A stretch of DNA of 64,000 bases from Patescibacteria group bacterium (GTDB taxonomy: Bacteria > Patescibacteriota > Patescibacteriia > CAIXNZ01), in NCBI GenBank assembly GCA_041651155.1, contig JBAZJU010000002.1, positions 89,852 to 153,851 of the forward strand, given 5' to 3'. A model generated the notes under the pieces. The model searched no databases. It saw nothing but the letters and a program-made list of their open reading frames with translations, and had not been told where the DNA came from. This document shows, piece after piece, positions 1 to 10,315 of the stretch; the stretch's first letter is position 1, and each line of letters starts with the position of its first letter. The position numbers and the translations under genes are program-made.

Positions 1-1
1 T

Positions 2-88
2 GAAAAAATTGCTAAATATAATTCCTGGGATTTACGCGCAACACGTGAAGTTTTCCTTCGCTGGAACCAATTTATTAACATAAAGTGA
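2..88 (+). CDS. 3' end of a probable RNase H-like 3'-5' exonuclease (partial, runs off window)
   Basis: Frame from position 2 reads EKIAKYNSWDLRATREVFLRWNQFINIK*, resembling the ExoIII YxxxD motif. Confidence 0.5.
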   Translation, partial: EKIAKYNSWDLRATREVFLRWNQFINIK

Positions 89-217
89 AAATTTTTAATT
101 TATAATTATAAATTTTTAATCAATGACTAAATTTAAAAATTTTAAATAGTTGGATTTTAAGCATTTAAGAATTTAAAATTGATTTAGCCCTAAAAATTTA
201 GAATCTAGCCTTAAAAT

Positions 218-1117
218 ATGTTGTGGCTTTACATTACAATTGCAGCTTATTTGCTTTTTGCCCTGGCTAATATCGGAGATAAATTAGTTGTCAGCAAATT
301 TAAAACAGCGCCAATTGCTTATGCTTTTTATGTCGGAATTTTGGGCGTCGTTGCTGTTATATTATTACCCTTTGGAGTAAAATGGATTAATTTTAATTTG
401 CTGGTGATTTCTTTTTTCGCAGGCGTAGCCTTTATTATGGCTGCTTTTTTTATGTATAAGGCCTTGGCCCAGGGCGAAGCCAGCAGAGCCATTACTTTAC
501 TGGGCAGTTCCAGCCCTATTTTTACTTTTTTGCTCTCAGCTGGAATTTTGCAGGAAAAATTGAATGATGAAGAATTAATATCATTTGGCATTTTAGTTTT
601 GGCAATTATTTTGCTTTCCCAGCATAAGCCAGATGGCAAAAAAACCAAGATTCACTGGGAATTAATTATCTGGGCTTTATTAGCAGGATTGTTTTTTTCC
701 ATTAATTATGTTTTGACCAAATTCTTATTTTACCAAGAAACTTTCGTGACTGTTTTTTTCTGGACCAGAATTGGCGGGGTTTTAACGGCTCTCTTTATTT
801 TCGGCTTAGCTAAAACCAGGAAAATAATTAAAAAAGATTGGCAGAGGCCAAAAAAGCAAAAAGGACTTTTAGTTTTTGGCATTCAGCTGGTCGGTGGCTT
901 GGGCGTAATTTTTCAAAGCTATGCCTTGAATTTAGCCAGCGCAACGTTGGTTAATGCCTTGCAGGCTATTCAGTATGCCTTGGTTTTTATCATGGCAATT
1001 TTTTTAGGCAAAAAAATTCCCGAGCTAAAAGAAAATTTAGCCAAGCGGGAAATTATTATAAAAATTATCGCGATTATATTGGTGGCTATCGGCTTATATA
1101 TATTAACCTCACAATAA
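218..1117 (+). CDS. EamA/DMT family transporter
   Basis: 299 aa, about 10 TM helices in two repeated halves. Confidence 0.85.
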   Translation: MLWLYITIAAYLLFALANIGDKLVVSKFKTAPIAYAFYVGILGVVAVILLPFGVKWINFNLLVISFFAGVAFIMAAFFMYKALAQGEASRAITLLGSSSPIFTFLLSAGILQEKLNDEELISFGILVLAIILLSQHKPDGKKTKIHWELIIWALLAGLFFSINYVLTKFLFYQETFVTVFFWTRIGGVLTALFIFGLAKTRKIIKKDWQRPKKQKGLLVFGIQLVGGLGVIFQSYALNLASATLVNALQAIQYALVFIMAIFLGKKIPELKENLAKREIIIKIIAIILVAIGLYILTSQ

Positions 1118-1120
1118 TAT

Positions 1121-2119
1121 ATGAAATCTAAAAAGCCAATTTTATTTATGATTATTTTTATTTTCGCCATTCTGATTGTAGGGCTTATCTTTTGGGCCAA
1201 AGAAAGCTATAACCCCAATAAAAAAATTATTTATGGCGTAACTTTTACCAAAAGCTTTGCCAAATATCTGGATTTGGATTGGCGTGAGGTGTATAAAGAG
1301 ACCTTAGATGACTTGCAGGTCAGATATTTGAGGATCCCTGTTTTTTGGGATGAAATTGAGCCTGAAAGAAATCTTTATAATTTTACTGATATTGATTGGC
1401 AGGTTGCTGAAGCTGAAAAACGCGATGCTCATTTAATTTTAGTTTTAGGCCGCAGGCAGCCACGCTGGCCAGAATGCCATGATCCAGCCTGGGTGGAAGG
1501 GCTGCCTTACGCTGAAGTCAGGGCAAAGATTTTAAATAATATTAAATTAGTGGTAACCCGCTATAAAAACAGCCATGCTGTAGAAATTTGGCAGGTTGAG
1601 AATGAACCTTTTTTAGATTTTTTTGGCCAATGTTCAAAGATGTCCAAAAAGGAACTGCAAGAAGAAATTGATTTAGTAAAATCTTTAGATAAACGCAAGG
1701 TTTTAATTACTGATTCAGGAGAGCTCAGCACTTGGTATCCCAGCATAAAAATGGGTGATATGTTCGGCACTAGTATATATCGAGTAACCTATAATAAATA
1801 CATTGGCTATTGGCGTTATTGGTTTGTGCCAGCATCTTTTTATCGCTTGAAGGCTTTAATTTACTCCAAACCTTTAGATGCGGTAATTATTTCTGAATTA
1901 CAAGCTGAACCATGGTTTTCTTCTGGACCCAAAGGAAGTCCATTGTCTGAGCAATATAAAACCATGAACGCAGACCAATTAATAAAAAACGCGGATTATG
2001 CCAATCAGACAAATTTTTACCGCGCATACTTTTGGGGAGTGGAGTGGTGGTATTGGTTGAAAACAGTTGAAAAAGACAATTCTGTTTGGGAAGCGGCAAG
2101 CAAATATTTTAAAAGTTAA
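1121..2119 (+). CDS. Membrane-anchored clan GH-A glycoside hydrolase (GH5/GH42-like)
   Basis: N-terminal TM; RIPVFWDEIEP, WQVENEP (acid/base) and ISELQAEPW (nucleophile) motifs. Confidence 0.75.
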   Translation: MKSKKPILFMIIFIFAILIVGLIFWAKESYNPNKKIIYGVTFTKSFAKYLDLDWREVYKETLDDLQVRYLRIPVFWDEIEPERNLYNFTDIDWQVAEAEKRDAHLILVLGRRQPRWPECHDPAWVEGLPYAEVRAKILNNIKLVVTRYKNSHAVEIWQVENEPFLDFFGQCSKMSKKELQEEIDLVKSLDKRKVLITDSGELSTWYPSIKMGDMFGTSIYRVTYNKYIGYWRYWFVPASFYRLKALIYSKPLDAVIISELQAEPWFSSGPKGSPLSEQYKTMNADQLIKNADYANQTNFYRAYFWGVEWWYWLKTVEKDNSVWEAASKYFKS

Positions 2120-2121
2120 CC

Positions 2122-3273
2122 ATGAAAAAATCTTTAAAAATCGGATTTTTTACTGACACTTATTTGCCTCAGGTGAATGGCGTTGTTACCTCAATTGAAA
2201 GTTTTCGCCAGGAGCTAGAAAAACAAGGCCATCAGGTCTATATTTTTTGTCCCAGGGCTGACCATAAAAAAGATGACAAAAGTATAATCCGTTTCCCTTC
2301 TATAAAATTCGTTTTCCAGCCAGAATACCATGTTTCCTTGCCCTTTACCAGGCACTTATTGCGGGATTTTTGGGAAAAAGAATTAGATATTGTCCATGCT
2401 CACACGCCATTTAGCCTGGGTCTTTTAGGCTATTATTACTCATATATTAAGAAAGTTCCCTTTGTCTATACCTATCACACTCTTTATCCTGAATATGTAA
2501 AATCGTATGTGTGGAACGGCAGATTAATAACTCCTAAGATGGTTGCAAAAATTACGGCCATGTTTTCTAACAGATGCGATTTAAATATTGCCCCTTCGGG
2601 AAAGATAAAAAAACTTTTAAAAAGTTATGGCGTAAAAAAACCAATTACAGTATTGCCCACGGGAATTAAGGTTGAAAAATTCAGTAAAAGAGCCAGGCCA
2701 AATAATTTTAGAAGCAAATATAAAATTAAGCCTGAGGAAAAAGTTTTGCTTTATGTCGGACGGCTAGGGCAAGAAAAAAATATTGAATTTTTGCTTAAAG
2801 CATTTTTTGTATTAAAGCAAAGCCAGCAGAAAATTAAATTAATACTTGTCGGCGACGGCCCTGCTAAAAAGAATTTACAAAAGTTAGTTAAAGATCATGG
2901 CTTGGGTAAAGACGTTATCTTTACGAGTTATTTATCTCAAACAGAAGTAATTAGAGCGAATCAGTCAGCAGATTTATTTATTTTTGCTTCTAAAACTGAT
3001 ACTCAGGGTTTAGTTCTATTAGAAGCAGCTGCCAGCGGCTTGCCTATAGTCGCAGTGAAAGACGATGCCTTTGTTAAAATCTTAGAAGACAAGGTAAATG
3101 GATATATAGTAAAACAAAATGTGGCGGAATTTAATAAAAGAATATTGCAAATTTTAGATAACAAAAAATTATATCAGAGGTTATCCAAAAAATCAGCAGA
3201 GATTGCCGAGAATTTCAGTATTGAAAAGCAGACAGCTGAATTAATCCAAGCTTATCGTAAATTATTACACTAA
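2122..3273 (+). CDS. GT4 glycosyltransferase (diacylglycerol glucosyltransferase-like)
   Basis: FTDTYLPQVNGV, HAHTPF, YVGRLGQEKN and DTQGLVLLEAAASG motifs. Confidence 0.9.
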   Translation: MKKSLKIGFFTDTYLPQVNGVVTSIESFRQELEKQGHQVYIFCPRADHKKDDKSIIRFPSIKFVFQPEYHVSLPFTRHLLRDFWEKELDIVHAHTPFSLGLLGYYYSYIKKVPFVYTYHTLYPEYVKSYVWNGRLITPKMVAKITAMFSNRCDLNIAPSGKIKKLLKSYGVKKPITVLPTGIKVEKFSKRARPNNFRSKYKIKPEEKVLLYVGRLGQEKNIEFLLKAFFVLKQSQQKIKLILVGDGPAKKNLQKLVKDHGLGKDVIFTSYLSQTEVIRANQSADLFIFASKTDTQGLVLLEAAASGLPIVAVKDDAFVKILEDKVNGYIVKQNVAEFNKRILQILDNKKLYQRLSKKSAEIAENFSIEKQTAELIQAYRKLLH

Positions 3274-3280
3274 GAAAATA

Positions 3281-3316
3281 AAAAAGCGCCCTGCCCAAAA
3301 GCCGGGAGCTTTTTTA
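3281..3316. terminator. Probable bidirectional intrinsic terminator between convergent genes
   Basis: A-tract, imperfect GC stem, T-tract. Confidence 0.5.
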
Positions 3317-3323
3317 TTTTAAT

Positions 3324-6221
3324 CTAATCTAAGATATTTAATTTTAAGCTGCTAGAATTGGCATTAGCGCCGCTCTTTGTTGAGATTTGCGCATAAATCT
3401 CGTAAGAACCCGTGGCTGGCGTATTTGTCCAGGTGAAGTTCATCTGCTCAGAGGAAACTTGCATGATGGTAGAGATTTTTTGTTCCGGCGCATTAAAGCT
3501 GCGGGCAAAGAAAGTCAGACCGGAGACCTCTGTTGATTTAGTAAGGATAAAATTAAAATTTAAAGGAAAGTTTGATTTGTAAAAATTGGAATTGTCCCTG
3601 GGGTTTAGCCAGTTGATTTGCGGCATAGCAGGCGGCAGTTTCAGGTTAACTGTGATCTGGACAGAAGTTGAATTATCAATATCATCATAAGCTGTGACTT
3701 TCAGCTGGTGATAGCCATTTTCAGCTTCAAGGGAATTAACATCTATATTATACGGGGAAGAAGTGGCTGTGCCAACTATATTATCATCAATTGCATAAAC
3801 AACTCGGCTAATGCCTCGCAACGCGCTAGCCTGGACTTGAAATTTAACCGGATAAGATTCTAAAGTTTGTTTATCCTGAGGATTAATAAGCGTCAAGGTT
3901 GGTTGGTTTTGAGGCACATGCAGATCATCAAATTCAGTCGGAGCTTGTTCATTGCTTATTTCAATGCCAGAATCCTTAGCTGTTTTTTCTACCCATTTAT
4001 TAACGCCATCTTCCCAGGCCTGGAACATTGGGTCAGCAGCTGGATTTTCTGGAGGAGGGCCAGTCGGATTATCTTTATTTATGTAATATAAAATATCATG
4101 ATTTTGATTAAACTTCTTTTTTATCCTGAAAGATTCAGGTGTTAAAGGTGTGGCTAATTTGCCTGAGGCTTTGTCTATTTCAACTTCCATATCAGAAGGA
4201 GATTGGCCGCGCAAAATCGGAGGCAAGGTCTCAGCAAGTGGCTCAGGAGCTTTAAACCCTTCAACAGGCGTGCCGTTTAAGGTTTTTTGCATATATTCAT
4301 GCCAAATTGGCGCGGCGACATTAACCCCATCTGCGTTGCCTTTCATGTCCGTACCATCGCTATTGCCAGCCCAGACTCCAGTCACAATAGAAGGAGTAAA
4401 GCCAATTGTCCAGCCATCATTATTATCATTGGTAGTGCCTGTTTTAGCTGCGACAGGCCTGTCAGATAAAGTTAAATTTGGCGCTGCGCCAAAAATAAAA
4501 GCGCGAGCGCTTGGGTCAGTTAAAATATTGTTAACCTGGCGCACTGCATTTTCTGACAAAACTTTGTGCTTTTTTTCTTTAAATTCATCCAGCACATTGC
4601 CGTTTTTATCTTCAACTTTCAAGATCGCTTGGACTTCAGCTCTTTCGCCATCGCGAGCAAGGGCTGTATAAGCGCCGACATGGTCAATTAATTTAACTTC
4701 ACAGCCGCCCAAGACTAAGGCCAGGCCGCATTGACTTTTGTCGGTAATTGTGGAATAACCCAGATTTTGCAAAAGCTTTTTGACATTATCATAGCCGGCC
4801 AAATAAAGAGTTTTAACAGCAGGAATATTTAAAGAGCCGGCCAGAGCTGATTTCATCGTAATCGGCCCTCTTTCTTTGAAGTCATAATCATGCGGCTCAT
4901 AAACTATTGGCGAGGTGGCGAAGATCGTGCTTACATCATACAAAATTGTTTCAGGGGTAAAGCCTTTTTCAAAAGCAGCGGCATAAACTATAGGTTTGAT
5001 TGAAGAGCCGGGCTGACGCGGTGAAATGGCGACATTAACTTGTCCTGAGATTTTGTCATCAGTAAAATCCTGAGAACCAACCATGGCTAGAATTTCGCCT
5101 GTTTTAGCATCAACTGAAACTAAAGCAGCATTGGAAGCATTATATTTTTTTAAATTATTATCTTTGGCATTATGGACTGCGTCTTCGGCAATTTTTTGCT
5201 TATCCATATCTAAGGTAGTAATGACTTTTAAACCGCCTTGTTCAATGGCCTTATCGCCTAATTTTTCCGCTAATAATTCTTTGACATAAAAAACAAAATG
5301 CGGTGCAGTAATGCCAGCCACAGCCTCTTTTTTAAATTCTAATTTTTCTGCTTTGGCATCTCCAGCTTCATCTTTGGTGATGTAACCGTTTTTTGCCATT
5401 TCATCCAAAATCCAATGCTGGCGCCAATATAAATCATCAGTATGCGAGCCATAAGGGGAGAGCCTGGTCGGCGCTTGGGGAATAGCGGCTAAAATAGCAG
5501 CCTCGCCCAAAGTTACGTCTTTGGCTTTTTTGCCGAAGAAATAATTGGCAGCTGACTCAACCCCATAATTAACAGACCCATAAGGGATTTCATTGAAATA
5601 CATTTTTAAAATTTGATCCTTGGTATATTTTTTTTCAATCTGGTAGGACAAAATCCATTCTTTTATTTTTCTGGGAATCGTTCTTTCGTTTGTTAAAATT
5701 GCGTTTTTTACCAATTGCTGAGTTAAGGTGGAGCCGCCACGAATCCCTTTCCCTCTTAAAGGATCAATAATAACTGATTCAATAATTGAAAAGAAATTTA
5801 TGCCATGATGTTCATAAAAGTACTTGTCTTCAGCGGAAATAGTCGCCCATTTAACATAATTAGAAATCTGATCCAGCTCTACAATTGTCCTTTTTTCATC
5901 ACCATGAATATCAAAAAGCAAGGTTTCACCTTTGCGGTCATAGATTTTGGTTGATTCAGAGACAACCCGGTCAATTAATTTATCTGGATTTGGCAAGTCA
6001 TGTGAAAACCAGGCGATGGCAGCCACAGAAAAGATCCCAAAAAGCAAAACCAAAATAATGCCTAAAATAATAAGTTTGCCAATTAGTTTTTTGGCTGAAA
6101 CTTTGTGTTTTTTAGGCTGATTATTATTGGCAGCTGCAAATTCATGGCTGCGATGGACCAGTCGGCGTTTTTTATGTCTTTGCCATTCTTTCGGTGATCT
6201 TGTTAATTGAGGGATGGGCAT
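3324..6221 (-). CDS. Class A penicillin-binding protein 1A (transglycosylase/transpeptidase) with C-terminal Ig-like domains
   Basis: EDKYFYEHHG, GGSTLTQQLVKN, RKIKE, SSIK, SLN and KTGT motifs; start moved to ATG 6221 because the longer ORF crosses a repeat element. Confidence 0.93.
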   Translation of the reverse strand: MPIPQLTRSPKEWQRHKKRRLVHRSHEFAAANNNQPKKHKVSAKKLIGKLIILGIILVLLFGIFSVAAIAWFSHDLPNPDKLIDRVVSESTKIYDRKGETLLFDIHGDEKRTIVELDQISNYVKWATISAEDKYFYEHHGINFFSIIESVIIDPLRGKGIRGGSTLTQQLVKNAILTNERTIPRKIKEWILSYQIEKKYTKDQILKMYFNEIPYGSVNYGVESAANYFFGKKAKDVTLGEAAILAAIPQAPTRLSPYGSHTDDLYWRQHWILDEMAKNGYITKDEAGDAKAEKLEFKKEAVAGITAPHFVFYVKELLAEKLGDKAIEQGGLKVITTLDMDKQKIAEDAVHNAKDNNLKKYNASNAALVSVDAKTGEILAMVGSQDFTDDKISGQVNVAISPRQPGSSIKPIVYAAAFEKGFTPETILYDVSTIFATSPIVYEPHDYDFKERGPITMKSALAGSLNIPAVKTLYLAGYDNVKKLLQNLGYSTITDKSQCGLALVLGGCEVKLIDHVGAYTALARDGERAEVQAILKVEDKNGNVLDEFKEKKHKVLSENAVRQVNNILTDPSARAFIFGAAPNLTLSDRPVAAKTGTTNDNNDGWTIGFTPSIVTGVWAGNSDGTDMKGNADGVNVAAPIWHEYMQKTLNGTPVEGFKAPEPLAETLPPILRGQSPSDMEVEIDKASGKLATPLTPESFRIKKKFNQNHDILYYINKDNPTGPPPENPAADPMFQAWEDGVNKWVEKTAKDSGIEISNEQAPTEFDDLHVPQNQPTLTLINPQDKQTLESYPVKFQVQASALRGISRVVYAIDDNIVGTATSSPYNIDVNSLEAENGYHQLKVTAYDDIDNSTSVQITVNLKLPPAMPQINWLNPRDNSNFYKSNFPLNFNFILTKSTEVSGLTFFARSFNAPEQKISTIMQVSSEQMNFTWTNTPATGSYEIYAQISTKSGANANSSSLKLNILD

Positions 6222-6255
6222 ATGGATTAAATTACAAATATCAAATTCCAAATAA

Positions 6256-6299
6256 CAAACCTGCGTTTGCCGTAGCAAACTACGGTTTGCGAAGGCAAA
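6256..6299. repeat. REP-like iterated-hairpin element (copy 1 of the TTTG/CAAA type)
   Basis: CAAA CCTGCG TTTG CCGTAG CAAA CTACGG TTTG CGAAGG CAAA; one mismatch to the copy at 22365-22408. Confidence 0.85.
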
Positions 6300-6476
6300 A
6301 AACAAAAAAATTGGAAATTATTTAATTAAAAATGCTCGTCTCGGCTTTGTATTAATCTATTGAGTTTTTATTTTTTTAATCCGAGCCGAAGTCTGTCTTG
6401 GCCAAGGCCAGGCCGGACAAAATTCAAAATTATTTAATATATAGAGTATAGCTGATTTTTTTAGTTTTTTCAAGGA

Positions 6477-6980
6477 TTAGAGGTCTATTTGGCTGAGAAG
6501 TTTTTTTGACTGCAAATAGGTCAGGGCAATAGCCAGAGCATCAGCCGCATCATCTGGCTTAGGTATTTGCTTTAAGTTTAGCAAAATTTTAACCATGGCC
6601 TGAACTTGGCGTTTGTCTGCTTTGCCATAACCGCAAACTGACTGTTTAACCTGCAAGGGCGTAAATTCATAGAGGGGGAGTTTGTTTAATATCGCTGTGA
6701 GCAGGATTACTCCACGCGCTTGGCCAACTTGCAAGGCAGTCTTTACATTTTTACAAAAAAATAATTGCTCAACAGCAATTACATCTGGCCTGTACTTTTT
6801 GATCAATTTATTTAAGGATTGATGAATATATTTTAATCTTTCTGGGAATTTTTGTCTGGGCGAGGTTGAAATAATGCCAAAATCAAGAATTTGATTATTT
6901 TTGCCTGTTTCCTTAATAAAAGCAAACCCAGTAGTTGCTACCCCTGGATCAACACCTAGAATTATTATTTCATTGGGCAT
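6477..6980 (-). CDS. ruvC: Holliday junction resolvase RuvC
   Basis: ILGVDPG, EQLFF, GQARGV and DDAADALAIA motifs. Confidence 0.97.
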   Translation of the reverse strand: MPNEIIILGVDPGVATTGFAFIKETGKNNQILDFGIISTSPRQKFPERLKYIHQSLNKLIKKYRPDVIAVEQLFFCKNVKTALQVGQARGVILLTAILNKLPLYEFTPLQVKQSVCGYGKADKRQVQAMVKILLNLKQIPKPDDAADALAIALTYLQSKKLLSQIDL

Positions 6981-6981
6981 T

Positions 6982-7710
6982 TTATTCTTTTAAATTTGTG
7001 TAATAATTATCAACATCATCATTGTCATCAAAAGCTTCAAATAATTTTTGATTTTTTTCCTGCAGTTCGGCTGAAACAGTAATTTTTTCCCTGGGCACAA
7101 ATTCAATTTCAGCATAATCACTACTTAAGCCCAGATCTTTTAATTTACCAAAGACTTTCTGCAAATCTTCAACTTTGGTAAAAATAGTCAGGCCGTCTTC
7201 ACTGGTCGCAATATCTTGCGCGCCAGCATCAATGATTTGCAATTCTAATTCATCTAGATTTTTATTGCTTAATTGCGCTTGCTCTATTCTAATTACGCCT
7301 TTTTGCTCAAATTGCCACATGACTGAATTAGGGTTGCCTAAAGTGCCGCCATTGGCTGAAAATAAATGCTTCATATCAGAAGCAGTGCGGTTTTTATTAT
7401 CTGACAAGCATTTGATTATCAGAGCAGTGCCTCCTGGACCAAAGCCTTCATAAGTTAATTCTTCTATTTTTTCTCCTTTGATTTCGCCAGTGCCTTTTTT
7501 AATCGCGCGTTCAATATTTTCTTTGGGCACATTGGCTGCTCTGGCTTTTTCAATAGCCAGACGCAAAGAAAAATTGGAGTCTGGATCACCACCTTTTTCT
7601 CGGGCAGTCACTGTGACAGCCTTGGTTAGTTTGGTAAACAAATTAGCACGTTTAGCATCTTGCGCGCCTTTTGTTCTTTTGATATTTGCCCATTTAGAAT
7701 GCCCGCTCAT
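6982..7710 (-). CDS. yebC: YebC/PmpR family protein
   Basis: MSGHSKWANIK N-terminus and YEGFGPGG; adjacent to ruvC. Confidence 0.97.
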   Translation of the reverse strand: MSGHSKWANIKRTKGAQDAKRANLFTKLTKAVTVTAREKGGDPDSNFSLRLAIEKARAANVPKENIERAIKKGTGEIKGEKIEELTYEGFGPGGTALIIKCLSDNKNRTASDMKHLFSANGGTLGNPNSVMWQFEQKGVIRIEQAQLSNKNLDELELQIIDAGAQDIATSEDGLTIFTKVEDLQKVFGKLKDLGLSSDYAEIEFVPREKITVSAELQEKNQKLFEAFDDNDDVDNYYTNLKE

Positions 7711-7860
7711 ATGTTAGATTTTTAGATTATAGATTTATAGATAATTATACTAATAAGTATTTAAATTTTAGCAAATTTAGGCAGGAATTTCAAGTTTAGG
7801 AAATTTTTATCATAATTCTGATTTGGAAAAATTGATATCCACAGATTGCCCCAAAAGCAC

Positions 7861-7888
7861 TTGCTAAAAATAAAATAGCTGTTATACT
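7861..7888 (+). promoter_or_regulatory. sigma70-type promoter with extended -10
   Basis: TTGCTA-16-TATACT with TG; DnaA-box-like ATATCCACA just upstream. Confidence 0.55.
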
Positions 7889-8013
7889 AAAAGTAATAAA
7901 GGAGCAAAGGAGGCGTTTTCTAACTTTATAAAATTATTGCTATATGTTTAAAATACCCTGTTTGATTATTTTGCAGCCATGCTTAGTAAAATAATCAGCA
8001 GGGTTTTTATATT

Positions 8014-8640
8014 ATGATAATTTTCATATTTCTATTTATTTTTTTAATTGCGGCCGCCATTATCTTGTTGTTTTTGGGCTATAATTATGTTGCGCTGGCG
8101 CTTAGTATTATTATAATCTGCCTGTTATACTTAGGCCTAATTTTTGTAATGATAGAATGCTATAGAGTCTTATTCGTGGGCAATGCGCCTTATGTGCCGA
8201 CCCGCAAAAAATTAATAAATAAAATTTTAGAAGCCGTTGATTTTAAGGAAAAAGCTTTGGTCTATGAATTAGGTTGCGGCAGCGCCAAGTTTTTACGCAG
8301 CTTGGCTAAAACTAAAGATATTCAGGCTATTGGTTATGAATATTTTATCATGCCCTACATTTTTGCCCGTTTATACTGTTTATTAGCAAATAGGAATGTA
8401 AAAATATATTATCAGGATTTTTTTAAGGCTGATTTGTCTCAGGCGGATTACATTTTTTGTTTTTTAATTGATAAGGAAATGGCTCGTTTAGAGGGGAAGC
8501 TGATCGCAGAATTAAAGCCGGGCGCTTTAGTTATTTCCAATACTTTTAAATTCACGAATTGGGAGCCGATTAAAATAGTTGCCCTGAACGAAAATAAAAA
8601 ATTAAGCTTAAATAACAGAGTTTTTATCTACCGGAAATAG
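8014..8640 (+). CDS. Membrane-anchored class I SAM-dependent methyltransferase
   Basis: Two TMs, then APYVPT, YELGCGSA and ELKPGALVISNTF. Confidence 0.85.
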   Translation: MIIFIFLFIFLIAAAIILLFLGYNYVALALSIIIICLLYLGLIFVMIECYRVLFVGNAPYVPTRKKLINKILEAVDFKEKALVYELGCGSAKFLRSLAKTKDIQAIGYEYFIMPYIFARLYCLLANRNVKIYYQDFFKADLSQADYIFCFLIDKEMARLEGKLIAELKPGALVISNTFKFTNWEPIKIVALNENKKLSLNNRVFIYRK

Positions 8641-8675
8641 TTTAAAAAAATGAGGGGATTTGTTATAATTCAAGC

Positions 8676-10310
8676 ATGAAGAATCTCCTGCATTTAGGCG
8701 TAAAGTTAAAAGAACTGATAATAAAAAATCAGTTTATTTTGTATCTAATGATTTTTTTTACGGCTTTTTTGGCCTATTTGTGGATTCAGTCTTCACCGAC
8801 TTTTTTAGACCCCGATTCATTTTACCATCTAAAAATGGCCAAGCTTATTGCCGAGCGTGGAGTGATTTTAGATTTTCCCTGGCTGCAGTTTACAGTGCTA
8901 AAGGATTATTACATTGACCATCATTTTCTCTATCATGTTGCAGCCATACCTTTTATTAAGGTTTTTGGAGATTTTGCCGGATTTAAATTGTATACTGTAA
9001 TTTTGGCTACACTGTTTATCTTTTTGTCTTACTGTTTCTTTAAAAAGGAAAAGCTTAAATATGCAGAGATTTATGCGCTGATAATGATTTTTACAGCTGA
9101 CTTTATGTTTAGGATTTCTTTGGCCAAAGCCAGCGCGTTTTCTTTAATCATCTTATTTGCAGGCATATATTTTATTTTTTATAAGAAATACTGGCTTTTA
9201 TTTTTGGGCGCTTATTTGTATGTTTTGTCATATGGAGGGTTTCCGCTTCTGGCGGTAATCACCCTAATTTACGTTTTTGCGCGTGCTTTTGATTTAACTT
9301 TTATTAATAAAATAAAATTCATAGAGCCGGCGCATGTTTCATTAATAAAAAAAGTATTTAAGAATTTCGCGGTTTTTTTAAAGAATATTCTCTCGTGGGA
9401 GAGTGCAAGAATTATAGCCGCCACCTTGAGCGGAATTTTTGTCGGTCTGATTTTAAATCCATATTTTCCCAAAAATCTGAATTTTTATTGGCAGCAGCTG
9501 GTGCAGATCGGGATTATTAATTTTCAAGGCGTGGTTAATGTGGGCGGAGAGTGGTATCCATATGAATTTTTAAAATTAATTTCTGATACAGGAGTTTTAT
9601 TCATCTTTGGGGTAGTAGCTTTTGTCCTATTTTTTATTTTTATTAAAAAGCAAAACGCCAAAAGCATTTTCTTTTTATTGGCAGCCTTATTTTTTTTATT
9701 TTTAACCCTGAAATCAAAGCGTTATATAGAATATTTTGTGCCATTTTTAGATTTTTTCGTGGCTTTTACCCTAGGGAATATTCTTGCCGAGGTTAAAGTC
9801 AAAGAATTTTTGCAGATTTTTAAAAAAGAAAATTATATAATCGGCTTGCTCTTACATTTTTGTTTGATTTATGCGGCTATTATTTTTCCCTTAATAATGA
9901 TGCGGGATGCATATCTGACCAGGCAGAGCTTTAAGGGCGGGATAGAATTCAGCCGATTCTCCGGCATTAGCAAGTATTTGCTGGCAAATTCTCAGCCAGG
10001 ACAAATTGTAATGCAGACTGACTGGGATGATTGGCCGATGTTATTTTATTATAATGATAAGGATTATTATATTGTTGGTCTGGATCCGACTTTTATGTAT
10101 AATTATGATCCGGTGTTATATAATTTATTCGCAGATATAACTACAACAAAAAAAGCAGATGATTTGTATCAGATAGTTAAAAATACTTTTAAAGCCAGCT
10201 ATTTTATAGTGGATAAAGATCGCTTTTGGCTAGTTCAAAATTTGCAAAATGATGGTAATTTTACCAAAGTCTATGAAGATAATGACGGTTCAATATATAA
10301 ATTGAAGTAA
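8676..10310 (+). CDS. GT-C-type multi-pass membrane glycosyltransferase (ArnT/PMT-like)
   Basis: DPDSFYH in the first loop, many TMs, C-terminal extracytoplasmic domain. Confidence 0.7.
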   Translation: MKNLLHLGVKLKELIIKNQFILYLMIFFTAFLAYLWIQSSPTFLDPDSFYHLKMAKLIAERGVILDFPWLQFTVLKDYYIDHHFLYHVAAIPFIKVFGDFAGFKLYTVILATLFIFLSYCFFKKEKLKYAEIYALIMIFTADFMFRISLAKASAFSLIILFAGIYFIFYKKYWLLFLGAYLYVLSYGGFPLLAVITLIYVFARAFDLTFINKIKFIEPAHVSLIKKVFKNFAVFLKNILSWESARIIAATLSGIFVGLILNPYFPKNLNFYWQQLVQIGIINFQGVVNVGGEWYPYEFLKLISDTGVLFIFGVVAFVLFFIFIKKQNAKSIFFLLAALFFLFLTLKSKRYIEYFVPFLDFFVAFTLGNILAEVKVKEFLQIFKKENYIIGLLLHFCLIYAAIIFPLIMMRDAYLTRQSFKGGIEFSRFSGISKYLLANSQPGQIVMQTDWDDWPMLFYYNDKDYYIVGLDPTFMYNYDPVLYNLFADITTTKKADDLYQIVKNTFKASYFIVDKDRFWLVQNLQNDGNFTKVYEDNDGSIYKLK

Positions 10311-10315
10311 AGTTT

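Noticed and set aside
6222-6305. N-terminal extensions given by the ORF track (also 14586-14654, 29945-29986, 30294-30467, 63526-63582, 63957-63989)
   Set aside because: They run through repeat elements or tRNA sequence; downstream ATGs give sensible N-termini.
6330-6420. Riboswitch upstream of PBP1A
   Set aside because: A TCGGCT/AGCCGA stem is present, but I could not match c-di-AMP or other known aptamer consensus.
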